Assembly (NCBI GenBank): GCA_963796455.1
Contig: CAWCLO010000001.1
Location: 256,001 to 320,000, forward strand
DNA from: Candidatus Sulfomarinibacteraceae bacterium
GTDB taxonomy: Bacteria > Acidobacteriota > Thermoanaerobaculia > Thermoanaerobaculales > Sulfomarinibacteraceae
DNA length: 64,000 nt
Reading direction: 5' to 3'
Both the position numbers and the translations under genes were made by a program. Shown piece by piece: positions 39,342-49,440 of the stretch. The notes below the pieces were generated by a model. That model saw only the letters and a program-made list of their open reading frames with translations, did not search any database and was not told where the DNA came from. Position 1 is the stretch's first letter; every line of letters begins with the position of its first letter.

Positions 39342-41909
39342 ATGACGCCCATTCGGTCTCGACTGTTTCGGAGTCTCGTGTTCGCCGTCTTCGCGCTGAC
39401 CCCTCCTTCACAATTGCTGGCGGAAGAAAGGTCGCTGGACGAAGACCGGAAGCCCACCCATCCTGCAGCTCTCCAGGTCGACCCCGAAAGAACATATGAC
39501 GAACCCGACTCGGCGGCCCTCTATGCACGGCTCAAACGACAGGGGCCCAGCCCCGATTTCAACACCGCCGAAGCACATGAAACAGCGCTCGAACACCTCG
39601 ACCGGATGCCTCGATTTTCCACGGCATACCGCGTCCCTCTCCCGATTCGTCCCGGTGGTGGCTTTCGGTCGCTGCCGAAGTTTGCGGCGGCTCGCGCGCT
39701 GGGCACGTGGGAACCGTTGGGGCCTGGAAACATCGGCGGACGGACTCGAACTCTGGTGATCCACGCGGTTGATTCGCAGATCATGTATACGGGTGGAGTC
39801 TCCGGTGGAGTGTGGAAGACCACCGATGGCGGCCGGAACTGGCTCCCGGTGTCGGATCGGCTGACCAACATCGCGGTGAACTCAATGGCCGTCCATCCCG
39901 ATGACCCCGACGTCCTCTACATCGGGACCGGGGAGGGCTACTTCCGCGAGATCGTCCGCGGAACCTGGCTGCCACTTCGCGGGGCGGGGATCTATCTCAC
40001 CCGCGACGGTGGCGACAGCTGGAAGCGCCTGCCTGCAACCGGGACCAGGGATTTTCACTGGGTCAACGACATCGTCATCAGCCCGCGGCAACCGGAGCGG
40101 ATCTTTGCTGCGACGCGGACCGGTGTGCACATTTCGGAGAACGGAGGCGAAACCTGGCGACGGCTGCTGGATCCCGAGGTCAACGGGGGTTGTCTCGATC
40201 TCGTTCTCCGGACGGATCTGGACTCCGATGTTCTTTTTGCCTCCTGCGGCACCTTTGAACAGGCAAGCGTCTGGCGCCGCGAAATGAACACTGGCGGGTT
40301 CTGGGAACGCGTGCTTTCGGATCCAGGTATGGGTCGTACGACCCTCGCCATCGCGCCCTCCGATCAGAACGTGATCTACGCCCTCTCGGCATCCAACGAT
40401 CCCGGGCCAAACGGCGTGTACGAACAGGCATTGCACGCGGTTTTCCGGTCGCGAAATGGTGGCGATTCAGGCAGCTGGACCACGAGGGTGGACAACACCG
40501 ACCCGGTCAAACTCAACACCCTGATCCTGACCAACCCGATCATCGCGTCGCTCGAGGACTGCGGGACCGGTGATCCCAACGGTTGGTCACCGATGGGGTG
40601 GTACTGCAATGTGATCGCCGTCGATCCCGTCGACCCCGACATCGTGTGGGCGGCCGGGGTGGATCTCTTCCGATCCGACAACGGCGGTCGAAGTTGGAAT
40701 GTGGCATCGTATTGGTGGGCCGATCGGGACGACCCGAGTTTCGTCCACGCCGACCAGCACGCGGTGGTCTTCCACCCCGACTATGACGGCCTCACCAACA
40801 CCACCATGTATTCGGCCTCGGATGGCGGGGTCTTCAGAACCCGGAATCCTCGAGCAACCATCGGCGGCAACCGGAACGCCGTCTGTGACCCGTTCTGGTC
40901 GAATGTGCAATTCGAAGACCTCAATCACAATATGGGGATCACCCAGTTCTACCACGGGGCCCCCTTTCCCGGAGGCGACAGCTATCTCGGCGGTGCCCAG
41001 GACAACGGCACGCTGCTCGGGAGTGACCATCTCGGCGGAGATGGATGGCTCCACATCAACGGTGGTGACGGCGGATACGTCGCGGTGGACCCGGAGCATC
41101 CCGAGATCATCTACGCCGAAAGCCAGCGTCTCGGGTTCCGAAAGTCAATCAACGGCGGCCTCAGCTTCGAATCAGCCGTCGATGGAGTCACCGAGCCCCC
41201 GAACAATTTTCTTTTCATCACACCATTTGCGATGGACCCGAATGACCCGCAACGCCTGTGGACCGGAGGGCACCGCCTGTGGCGCACCGACAATGGCGCC
41301 GCATCCTGGACGGCTGCCAGCAGCGAACCGCTGGGCACGGCTCAGGTCAGCGCCATCGCCATCGCCCCGGGCAACTCACGACTGGTGCTCGTCGGTACGA
41401 CCGACGGCTGGATCTACCGCGAAGAGGACGCCCTCGCCGCAGACGGAAACACCCGCTGGCAAGCCGTGCGACCGAGAGCGGGCTTTGTCTCATCACTGAG
41501 TTTCGACCCCATCGACACGTCGATCGTCTATGCGACCTTTGCCGGTTTTGGCGGCAACCACGTGTGGCGGTCCGAGGATGCCGGCCTGTCGTGGGAAACC
41601 ATCGACGGCAACGGTGCCACGGCGATCCCGGACATCCCGGTTCACTCGCTGGTTGTGGATCCGGAGAACACGGAGCGGCTTTATATCGGCAGCGATCTCG
41701 GTGTCTTCACGAGTCTGAACCGGGGCCGCACCTGGGCCGCCGAAAACACCGGTTTTGCAAACGCCGTCACCGAGTGGCTGGCTCTGGGTGCGGATGGTGA
41801 TGGTGAACCGTTGCTCTTCGCCTTTACTCACGGCCGCGGGACGTGGCGGGTGAGGCTGGCACCGCTGCCACCGGCACCGAGGGAGCCGTCGGGGAGGCGG
41901 AGTCCCTGA
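39342..41909 (+). CDS. Secreted BNR/Asp-box beta-propeller (glycosyl hydrolase-like) protein
   Basis: GPGNIGGRTR, repeated xTxDGGxxW boxes, HADQH, GGAQDNG, GGDGG, FTHGRG; C-terminal PREPSGRRSP. Confidence 0.85.
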   Translation: MTPIRSRLFRSLVFAVFALTPPSQLLAEERSLDEDRKPTHPAALQVDPERTYDEPDSAALYARLKRQGPSPDFNTAEAHETALEHLDRMPRFSTAYRVPLPIRPGGGFRSLPKFAAARALGTWEPLGPGNIGGRTRTLVIHAVDSQIMYTGGVSGGVWKTTDGGRNWLPVSDRLTNIAVNSMAVHPDDPDVLYIGTGEGYFREIVRGTWLPLRGAGIYLTRDGGDSWKRLPATGTRDFHWVNDIVISPRQPERIFAATRTGVHISENGGETWRRLLDPEVNGGCLDLVLRTDLDSDVLFASCGTFEQASVWRREMNTGGFWERVLSDPGMGRTTLAIAPSDQNVIYALSASNDPGPNGVYEQALHAVFRSRNGGDSGSWTTRVDNTDPVKLNTLILTNPIIASLEDCGTGDPNGWSPMGWYCNVIAVDPVDPDIVWAAGVDLFRSDNGGRSWNVASYWWADRDDPSFVHADQHAVVFHPDYDGLTNTTMYSASDGGVFRTRNPRATIGGNRNAVCDPFWSNVQFEDLNHNMGITQFYHGAPFPGGDSYLGGAQDNGTLLGSDHLGGDGWLHINGGDGGYVAVDPEHPEIIYAESQRLGFRKSINGGLSFESAVDGVTEPPNNFLFITPFAMDPNDPQRLWTGGHRLWRTDNGAASWTAASSEPLGTAQVSAIAIAPGNSRLVLVGTTDGWIYREEDALAADGNTRWQAVRPRAGFVSSLSFDPIDTSIVYATFAGFGGNHVWRSEDAGLSWETIDGNGATAIPDIPVHSLVVDPENTERLYIGSDLGVFTSLNRGRTWAAENTGFANAVTEWLALGADGDGEPLLFAFTHGRGTWRVRLAPLPPAPREPSGRRSP

Positions 41910-41929
41910 AGCGAGAGGACGGCGCAGAG

Positions 41930-42150
41930 GGACGGAGGAGAAAGGGAGAAAGGGAGAAGAAGGGAGAAAGGGAGCACCTTACCGGAAGCCCCGATTGTGA
42001 TAAGGATCGGGTCTCCTCTGCTCCTCTGCTCCTCTGTCTCTCTTCTCCTCTCTCCTTGCTCCTCTGCTCCTCTGCTCCTCTGCTCCTCTGCTCCTCTGCT
42101 CCTCTGCTCCTCTGCTCCTCTGCTCCTCTGCTCCTCTGCTCCTCTGCTCC
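41930..42150. repeat. Composite repeat: GGGAGAAA array, conserved linker, CTCCTCTG x3 + x11
   Basis: Same module order as 12286-12452. Confidence 0.92.
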
Positions 42151-43056
42151 TCAGCCCGCCTGTAGCTTCTTGGAGCAATATCGAAATAGTCCGGCCGAAC
42201 TCTCCTTCACCGGACACAGTCGGCGGTACCGCTCGATCGCCTCGGTGGGCACCGCTGACGCTTCCATCTCGACTGCATCGAGGGACTCGAGTTCAGACCC
42301 GAGCGCGTCTCGGTCACCTCCATCGGCGAGCACACGGTCACCGATCTCGGTCCACCGAAGCAACCGATCCTCGAGTTCATCGAGATGCCGGACGGGATCA
42401 TCGAAGCTGCCGTAATGGGTCAACATCAGTTGTTTTGGTTCGAGGGCCCGCAGCTGGTCGATGCTTCTTCGCCAGTCATCGACCTGGATATCGGGCGGCG
42501 GCATCGGCGGCAGAACGTGCGAGGCTCCGGGAAAACGGACTCCCGCCACGTCTCCCGTCACGACGGTGCCGCCGATCTGCCACGCAACGTGGTGAACCGC
42601 ATGGCCAGGGGTGTGCCAGGCCACCACGTCGAGGCCCCGGATCGATACCACTTCGCCATCCGCGACCTCTACGACATTTTCCGGTTCGACCGCGACCGTC
42701 GTTCCCCACAGGGGCGTCATCATCTCGCCGTAGATTCGTTCGGCAGACGGCAATAGCTTCGCGTGGGGATCAGCCAAATGGGCCGCGCCCTTCGGATGGC
42801 AGTAGACCGGACACCCGGTCCGGCTCGACAGAACGCCGGCCCCGCCCGCATGATCGAGGTGGACGTGGGTCGGAAAGACCCCGGCAAGCTGATCGAGGCG
42901 AAATCCCAGCTCTTCGATCCCGCGTTCGAGATTTCCAAAGCAACTCGCCGGGCCAGGATCAAAAAGCACGAAACCGTCTTCCACCGGCGCCAGAAAGGAC
43001 GCGATGATCTGCTCGGTTGCATAGAACCGGAGGTCCACCGTGTGAATCTTCGTCAT
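42151..43056 (-). CDS. Metallo-beta-lactamase-fold hydrolase
   Basis: THVHLDHAGG, TPGHAVHH, TGDVAG, THYG. Confidence 0.92.
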   Translation of the reverse strand: MTKIHTVDLRFYATEQIIASFLAPVEDGFVLFDPGPASCFGNLERGIEELGFRLDQLAGVFPTHVHLDHAGGAGVLSSRTGCPVYCHPKGAAHLADPHAKLLPSAERIYGEMMTPLWGTTVAVEPENVVEVADGEVVSIRGLDVVAWHTPGHAVHHVAWQIGGTVVTGDVAGVRFPGASHVLPPMPPPDIQVDDWRRSIDQLRALEPKQLMLTHYGSFDDPVRHLDELEDRLLRWTEIGDRVLADGGDRDALGSELESLDAVEMEASAVPTEAIERYRRLCPVKESSAGLFRYCSKKLQAG

Positions 43057-43141
43057 TCCACCCTCCGCCGAATCAGTGTACGCTGTTCGCGATCATCCGA
43101 GGCAAACTCAGCCTCGAGTCAAAACGTTGCAGGAGGAACCA

Positions 43142-43561
43142 ATGCGAAAGTTGGTCTTGATCGTCATCTGCGCAGCCCTCATAGGATGTGCATCCAGCAA
43201 TAACGCGACGCTCCCGCAACGTATCTATTGCGAGGACACGTTCTCCAAAATATGGCGAGGAAGCCAGATGGCCGTCAACGAGCTCGGTTTCAGCGTCATC
43301 AACGCCAACGATATCGGCGGCTCGATCCTGGGTCGCATGGAAGCGGACATCTACGGTTCCGAAATGGAGATCAATGTCTCCGTCACCGAGAACAAGGGCG
43401 GGCGCACCGGGCCCGCGAATGAGCCGATCTGGGTTCAGGTCAAAGTGGTCGATGCGAGCAATGCCAACCCGGACGAGCACAGGTTGCAACAGATGAAGAT
43501 GATGGAGGATCAGTTCATGGACCTCCTGCGGCAGATGGCCGCGTGTGGCGCAACCCACTAG
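43142..43561 (+). CDS. Hypothetical lipoprotein
   Basis: AGGAGG RBS; lipobox LIGC. Confidence 0.75.
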   Translation: MRKLVLIVICAALIGCASSNNATLPQRIYCEDTFSKIWRGSQMAVNELGFSVINANDIGGSILGRMEADIYGSEMEINVSVTENKGGRTGPANEPIWVQVKVVDASNANPDEHRLQQMKMMEDQFMDLLRQMAACGATH

Positions 43562-43700
43562 CAATAAAACCTTTTCGAAGAATCAAAAAGAACTCGACGC
43601 GGCGGGATTTTCCAACCTGCGTGTATCATTGAGGTGAGGGCATCACACCTTATTCCGGCAGTGTTCAGCGCCCGGAGAAGTTCAACAACAGGGAGGAATC

Positions 43701-43946
43701 GTGAGTTCGCAACTGAACCCCAAGTTTCTAGCGGTGTTAATTTTTTTCTTGCTGGCGACGACCCTTTTCAACACCATACGAGCCAACAGGGTCGAGCAGG
43801 ACACCACGAATTTCCGAAAAGAGACCCGGCGACAGCTCAAAGCCACCCGCATCACGCTCGCCGAGCAGGAGCTTGTCAACGCGGCGCTGCGGCAACAAAT
43901 CGAAGCGTTGCAGGCTCCGCAGGCGCCGCTGCCCGCAGCAGACTGA
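43701..43946 (+). CDS. Small membrane-anchored coiled-coil protein
   Basis: GGGAGG RBS before GTG; one TM then heptad-like helix. Confidence 0.6.
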   Translation: MSSQLNPKFLAVLIFFLLATTLFNTIRANRVEQDTTNFRKETRRQLKATRITLAEQELVNAALRQQIEALQAPQAPLPAAD

Positions 43947-44164
43947 TTCCGAGAACTGCACCTATTCACCGATCTTCGTTGCCGAATCTTCATGGCTTCA
44001 CTAGTATTGACGTGACGTGGTCTGAGGAGGTCGGTCTCATTCTCCTTGGGTGAAACGCCCCGCATTAGGACTTCGCGCGCTCGCTATTTATCGTCGCGGA
44101 GACCGGCCTTCTCAGATCACGTTTTTTGAGCTTCGGGCCTGTGGGATTGACGCCGGTCGCCCAC

Positions 44165-44485
44165 CCTGTCCGATCCCGATCCCGTTCCCGTTCCCGTTCC
44201 CGAAAGGGAGAAAGGGAGAAAGGGAGAGAGGGAGAGAGGGAGAACCACCCGGCGCTTATTTCGTCCGCTTTCGATTCCCGCCTCCCGATGTCATACAGAT
44301 ACGGCCTCCGGCACCTGTTCCTACCTGTTGCCACCGCGACTCAAAGCAAGCTCCGGTCCCTTCCGGATGTCATCCTGAGCGGAGCCCTGCAGGGCGTAGT
44401 CGAAGGATCTATGGTGCGGCCGGAAAGATATCGAAGACTAAGATCCTTCGACTCCGCGCTCGAAGCGCTGCGCTCAGGATGACAT
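44165..44485. repeat. Composite repeat: CCCG(A/T)T hexamers, GGGAGA(A/G)A array, linkers, REP-like palindrome copy 4 (44367-44485)
   Basis: Modules homologous to 12023-12251 and, inverted, to 29065-29390. Confidence 0.88.
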
Positions 44486-44579
44486 ATTGAAACCGTCTAC
44501 CGCTGCAGAAGCGACGCGGCGTCCGAAGTCTGATCAGGATCCCTCGATTTCCCGGAAGTGGGATCACCCACATGGATCT

Positions 44580-45938
44580 TCACTCGATACTCCGACCTCC
44601 GTGGAGGTTATTTATCAGCGAGATTTTTTTTATTTTCCCCGCATACCGGAAGATCAAATCCCGCCACGGACCGGTCGCGTCGAGACGCGCCAGATTCCCG
44701 AAATGCCCGCCGAGGGTCCGGTTGATGAAGATGGCGTCCTCGGGGAAGACCATGTCCTTGCTGTACTGCATGTTCCGAAACCCGAGTTCAAACATGCGTC
44801 GATAAACCTCTTCATTCTCTCCGAAGGTATAGGGAGGGCTTGCGCGAAGGACATCCGCCAACAGGTCGACATAGGGTCCGATGGCATCGATCGGCATGGC
44901 CTCACCGTTGCCCATCAGCATTCCCATCCCTTTCAGAATCTCCGGAACCTCGTGCCGCCGGCCCTCTGCAACCCCCACCAACAGCTCCGCATAGCTGGCT
45001 GCTATCGCCTCCGGGACCTCCTTGATGCAGCCAAAATCGTAGACCACCATCCGACCGTCCTCGAGGAAAGCGAAATTGGCGAGGTTCGGATCTGCGTGCA
45101 GCACCCTGTGTTCGAGCAACCCTCTCAACACGAATTCCGCGATCACGACGCCCCAGCTGTCTTTCAACGATTCCGGATACTGATCGGAACAGGCCTCTGT
45201 CGGTGAGATCCCTCCAACATATTCCATGGTCAAGATGTTGCGGGTCGTCGCCTCCCGCACCACATTCGGGATCACGATCTCGGGCACATGGCGGTGGAGC
45301 TCAGCCATCCGACCGATGTTTTCCGCCTCATGGGTGTAGTCAAGCTCTTCAAGGAGACGGTCGCGGAGTTCGGTCCAGACCGGCTCGAACTCGATATCGG
45401 TGATGAGCGCCAGGGCCGCCCGGACCAGGTTCTTGAGGTTTTTGAGGTCCGCCTTGACGATCTCATCGATCAGAGGGTATTGGATCTTGACCGCGACCTT
45501 TCTCCCGTCGCGGAGTCGTCCGAGGTGAACCTGGCCGATCGAGGCGGCGGCAAAGGCCTCGAGATCGAGCTCTTCAAAGATCTCGTCATAAGCATCGAGT
45601 GCTCCCCGGATTTCATATTCCATGACCTCCGCCGGCACCCTCGGTGCTTCCTTCTGGAGACCGCGCAGGACCTCGGCGACCTCGGGCGGCATCATGCCCT
45701 CATGGAGGCTGAGCATCTGACCGACCTTCATGGCCGCACCTTTCAACTCGCCCAGGGTCTCGACGATCCGCATCGCGTTCCGAACCAGGTTCTCGGTTTT
45801 TTTGACCTGTTTGGAAGGACCGGATCGAGCGAGATCCAGGACCTGGTCGCCGACCACGGAGGCACCGACCCTTCCCACCAAACCGCTCAACTTGACGAAT
45901 CGACCCAGCGCCGAGGTCGTGATTTTGTTTTCTGCCAC
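44580..45938 (-). CDS. ABC1/AarF/UbiB family atypical kinase
   Basis: LKGAAMKVGQ, AAASIGQVH, AVKIQYP, EELDY, HADPNLAN, YDFGC. Confidence 0.92.
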   Translation of the reverse strand: MAENKITTSALGRFVKLSGLVGRVGASVVGDQVLDLARSGPSKQVKKTENLVRNAMRIVETLGELKGAAMKVGQMLSLHEGMMPPEVAEVLRGLQKEAPRVPAEVMEYEIRGALDAYDEIFEELDLEAFAAASIGQVHLGRLRDGRKVAVKIQYPLIDEIVKADLKNLKNLVRAALALITDIEFEPVWTELRDRLLEELDYTHEAENIGRMAELHRHVPEIVIPNVVREATTRNILTMEYVGGISPTEACSDQYPESLKDSWGVVIAEFVLRGLLEHRVLHADPNLANFAFLEDGRMVVYDFGCIKEVPEAIAASYAELLVGVAEGRRHEVPEILKGMGMLMGNGEAMPIDAIGPYVDLLADVLRASPPYTFGENEEVYRRMFELGFRNMQYSKDMVFPEDAIFINRTLGGHFGNLARLDATGPWRDLIFRYAGKIKKISLINNLHGGRSIE

Positions 45939-46142
45939 CCCATCCTCTTTCCCGGTGTTCGTACCCAGGATAGCGGGTGCCTGCCTGCTGCCCGCCCATC
46001 GATTCATGAGGGACGGCTACGGTGCCCCAGAAAACACATCGGTATTGAGATGACGAATCTATTTGTTGACATTTATTCCTTAATGCTACATATTTTCATC
46101 TGACTCCACCATCGTTGGTGGCGGAAATCGGGGGGCGACGGC

Positions 46143-46604
46143 TTGGACGAGCCGGCACGTACAGAACGCATGGAGCTTTTCAGGAGGCTCTGCCGCGAAC
46201 GCGGCGAGCGTTGCACGGTGCAGCGCCGGGTCATCCTCGAAACGGTCCTCGACCTCGACAATCACCCGTCGGCGGATCAGATCTTCGATGCGGTCGAACG
46301 AAGTCTCCCGGGCATCGCGCGAACCACGGTCTATCGCGCACTCGAGCACCTCGCCCGCATGGGGGTGATCACCAAGGCCTGCCATCCGGGTCGAGTCGCC
46401 CGCTTCGACCCGCGTCTCGAACTCCACCACCATCTGGTCTGCCTCCATTGCAACGAGTTCATCGATTTCGAAGATGATGATTTGAACGAGCTGACGATAC
46501 CCGACACCTCGGCCTTCGGCTTCGAGGTGAACGACTACCGCGTGCAATTGCGCGGAATCTGTAATTCATGCCAAAAAAAATCTACGAAGGAGGAATCAAA
46601 ATGA
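46143..46604 (+). CDS. Fur/PerR family transcriptional regulator
   Basis: TVQRRVIL, HPSADQI, TTVYRAL, HHHLVCLHC, GICNSC. Confidence 0.92.
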   Translation: MDEPARTERMELFRRLCRERGERCTVQRRVILETVLDLDNHPSADQIFDAVERSLPGIARTTVYRALEHLARMGVITKACHPGRVARFDPRLELHHHLVCLHCNEFIDFEDDDLNELTIPDTSAFGFEVNDYRVQLRGICNSCQKKSTKEESK

Positions 46605-47752
46605 GAAAAACAGCACTCGTTGTGCTCCTTGGCGCCGGCCTGATGGTCGCGGCGGGAGTATTCAGCGACGCCGGTCAGGAGTCATCGACACCGCTCGGTC
46701 TCCCCCCGGTGCCGATCCCGGAGAACAACCCGCAGACACCGGAGAAGATCGCCCTCGGCGAAAAGCTTTACAACGAGACACGCTTCAGCACCGACGGGAA
46801 GGTCGGCTGCTTTACCTGCCACGATCCCGAGAAAGCATTCACCGACAGCCCACTCAAAACATCCGAGGGCATCGACAAGCTCACCGGCACCCGCAATTCC
46901 CCCACGGTGATCAACTCCGCCTATTTCACAACCCAGTTCTGGGACGGCCGTTCGCCGGATCTCGAAGACCAGGCGCTGCACCCCTTTACCAATCCAGTGG
47001 AGCATGGACTCAAGACTCACGACCCGATCCTCAAGATCGTGCGCAAGGACCCCGAGTACGCCACGGCGTTCAAGGCTGTCTTTGGAAAATCTGGGAAAGA
47101 GATCACGATGAGGGAGGTCACCCTTGCCATCGCCGCCTTCGAGCGCACCGTCATTTCGGGAAACTCGCCTTTCGATCGCTTCTATTACGGTGGTGAAGAG
47201 GATGCTCTGACCGAACAGCAGAAACGTGGATTGGACCTCTTTTTGAACGAGGCCCGTTGTGTCTCGTGCCACGTCATCGAGCAGACCCAGGCGCTCTTTA
47301 CCGACAACCGTTTTCACAACATCGGGGTCGGGATCAACAATATCCAGGAGGATGTGCCCGCCCTCGCCGGCACCTTCCTCGAGGCCGACAGGACCCTGTC
47401 GGAAGTGGATGTCGAGGTGCTGACCGACCCGAAGACCTCGGAGTTGGGCCGCTTTGCCATCAGCCACGGCTTTGATGATCTGGGGTCCTTCAAGACCCCA
47501 ACCTTGCGCAATGTCGCTGTCACGGCGCCCTACATGCACGACGGCAGCATCGAAACCCTCGAGGATGTCATGGTGCATTACCTCAACGGAGGTGTGACAG
47601 AAGCCGGCGATCCGGTCAACGACTTCCTCTCGGGTGGTATCCGGCCGCTCGATATCGAAATCGAGCAGATCGAAGATCTGGTGGCTTTCATGGAGGCATT
47701 GACAAGCCCTGAATTCGAGAAGCCGGCCGACGCAGCCGACGGCGAAAAGTAG
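46601..47752 (+). CDS. Diheme cytochrome c peroxidase/MauG superfamily protein
   Basis: CFTCH and CVSCH, RNSPT, QFWDGR, FKTPTLRN, APYMHDG; signal peptide. Confidence 0.92.
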   Translation: MRKTALVVLLGAGLMVAAGVFSDAGQESSTPLGLPPVPIPENNPQTPEKIALGEKLYNETRFSTDGKVGCFTCHDPEKAFTDSPLKTSEGIDKLTGTRNSPTVINSAYFTTQFWDGRSPDLEDQALHPFTNPVEHGLKTHDPILKIVRKDPEYATAFKAVFGKSGKEITMREVTLAIAAFERTVISGNSPFDRFYYGGEEDALTEQQKRGLDLFLNEARCVSCHVIEQTQALFTDNRFHNIGVGINNIQEDVPALAGTFLEADRTLSEVDVEVLTDPKTSELGRFAISHGFDDLGSFKTPTLRNVAVTAPYMHDGSIETLEDVMVHYLNGGVTEAGDPVNDFLSGGIRPLDIEIEQIEDLVAFMEALTSPEFEKPADAADGEK

Positions 47753-47762
47753 AGGTTGCACT

Positions 47763-48839
47763 ATGACTGATTCAAAACTGACTCGACGCGGCTTCATCAA
47801 GGGCGCGGGGGCGGTCGCAGCGGCCGGCACACTTCCCATCAGCATGGTGGAGCTCGCCTTTGCCGATCCGGCACAGAATTTCACCTTTGCCTACATCTCC
47901 GACTCGCACATCCAGCACATCAAGGGCAACAGCTTCGTCAACAACTGGGATCGCGGTCTGATCCGCGCGGTCGCCGAAACCAACCTCCTGCAGCCCAAAC
48001 CCGACTTCGTGATGTTCGGCGGCGATCTGGCCCAACTCGGTACGAAGCCCGAATTGGACCACGGCGCCGAGATGCTCGCCAAGCTCGACTACAAGACCCA
48101 CATGGTGATGGGCGAGCACGACTACTACCTCGATCTGGGAGAGTACTGGTCGGAGCTCTTCGGCCCCCACTGGTACAGCTTTGACCACAAGGGCGTGCAC
48201 TTCGTGGTGCTCAACAGCATCCTGACCTTTGACGAGTGGACCTTTGACCGCTGGCCCACCGACGAGCAACGGATGCTCGAGATGGCCGGGCTCGACAATC
48301 CCAACGGCTCGCCCTTCATGGTCGGGGAAAAACAACGGGCGTGGTTGGCCAAAGACCTCGCAGGCGTCGCCAAAGACACACCCGTTGTCGTCTTTTCCCA
48401 CTCCCCGATCCAGAAGATCTACAAAGGCTGGAACTTCTGGACCGACGACGCGGAACAGGTCCAGTCGCTGCTGAAACCCTTCGATGATGCAACCGTCATA
48501 TACGGCCACGTGCACCAGATCCAGTACAACCAGATCGACAACATCAGTTTCCATGCCGTGATGGCCACAGCATGGCCGTGGCCCTATCCCAGGGCCTACG
48601 CTCAGGCCGAGAGCCACATGCCGAAGATCACGGTGCCGATGAATCGGGCCGATCCCTTCTTCGAACGCGACGCGACCGGCTGGCAGTTCATCAATATGAA
48701 GACCGGCCGCGTCGATTTGGAGTACAACCTCTCCAACAACAGCAACCGAACGGTGGCCTTCAACCCGAAGACAGGTCGTCCCGAGGACACCAAATACCAG
48801 GCGGAGGAAGATCGCATTCCGCCGCAGATCCACTACTAG
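47763..48839 (+). CDS. Tat-exported calcineurin-like metallophosphoesterase
   Basis: TRRGFIK Tat motif; DSH, GGD, GEHD, HSP, GHVH. Confidence 0.9.
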   Translation: MTDSKLTRRGFIKGAGAVAAAGTLPISMVELAFADPAQNFTFAYISDSHIQHIKGNSFVNNWDRGLIRAVAETNLLQPKPDFVMFGGDLAQLGTKPELDHGAEMLAKLDYKTHMVMGEHDYYLDLGEYWSELFGPHWYSFDHKGVHFVVLNSILTFDEWTFDRWPTDEQRMLEMAGLDNPNGSPFMVGEKQRAWLAKDLAGVAKDTPVVVFSHSPIQKIYKGWNFWTDDAEQVQSLLKPFDDATVIYGHVHQIQYNQIDNISFHAVMATAWPWPYPRAYAQAESHMPKITVPMNRADPFFERDATGWQFINMKTGRVDLEYNLSNNSNRTVAFNPKTGRPEDTKYQAEEDRIPPQIHY

Positions 48840-48847
48840 GAGGAGAA

Positions 48848-49261
48848 ATGGCCAAAAAACACCTTTGGGCCGCATGCGCCGTCGTGGGAGCCGCGCTGCT
48901 CCTGGTCGGATACGGACTGCAGGCCGATGAATTCACCGACAAAGACTCCGAGCGCTGGCAGGGCGAGTTCATGAGCGTCGTCAACGAGGGCCGCTCCCTT
49001 TGGGGCAGCCCTGCACTCGGCAGCAATGGGGTGGCCTGCGGGCAGTGCCATCCCAACGCTGCGAACACCCATCCGGAAACCTATCCCAAGTTCCAACAGC
49101 AACTGGGCGGCGTGGTCGCCTTTCGCGACATGATCAACTGGTGCATCATGAATCCCCTCGAGGGGCAAACACTCGCCCTTGACGACAAACAGATGATTGC
49201 CCTCGAGGCCTACGCGACCTACGAACGGCGTGGTGTCGCCCTGGATCCAGGCAAACACTGA
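48848..49261 (+). CDS. Monoheme cytochrome c (SoxA/TsdA-like domain)
   Basis: GGAGGAG RBS, signal peptide, CGQCH, TYPKF..RDMINWC..PLEG. Confidence 0.85.
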   Translation: MAKKHLWAACAVVGAALLLVGYGLQADEFTDKDSERWQGEFMSVVNEGRSLWGSPALGSNGVACGQCHPNAANTHPETYPKFQQQLGGVVAFRDMINWCIMNPLEGQTLALDDKQMIALEAYATYERRGVALDPGKH

Positions 49262-49281
49262 GTCAGAAAAACCGGGCAACG

Positions 49282-49311
49282 AAGGCGGGCGCATGGGCGC
49301 CCGCCCTTTTT
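49282..49311 (+). terminator. Intrinsic terminator closing the Fur-peroxidase operon
   Basis: GGCGGGCGC-ATGG-GCGCCCGCC-CTTTTT. Confidence 0.8.
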
Positions 49312-49440
49312 ATGCGTCCCCATTTTGAATATCATCTTGACAGAATGAGACTCAGAACCAATATTGTTCATACCGATCCAGTCGATGAAATCTCGAGGCG
49401 CTCTTGCGCCGACCCTGCGAATAGAACCGGTGGAGGACTC

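Noticed and set aside
41828..42415. ORFs with EEQRSRGA or LLLCSSAP repeats (also 12048-12560 and the N-terminus of 12307-13281)
   Set aside because: Translations of the CTCCTCTG array, not genes.
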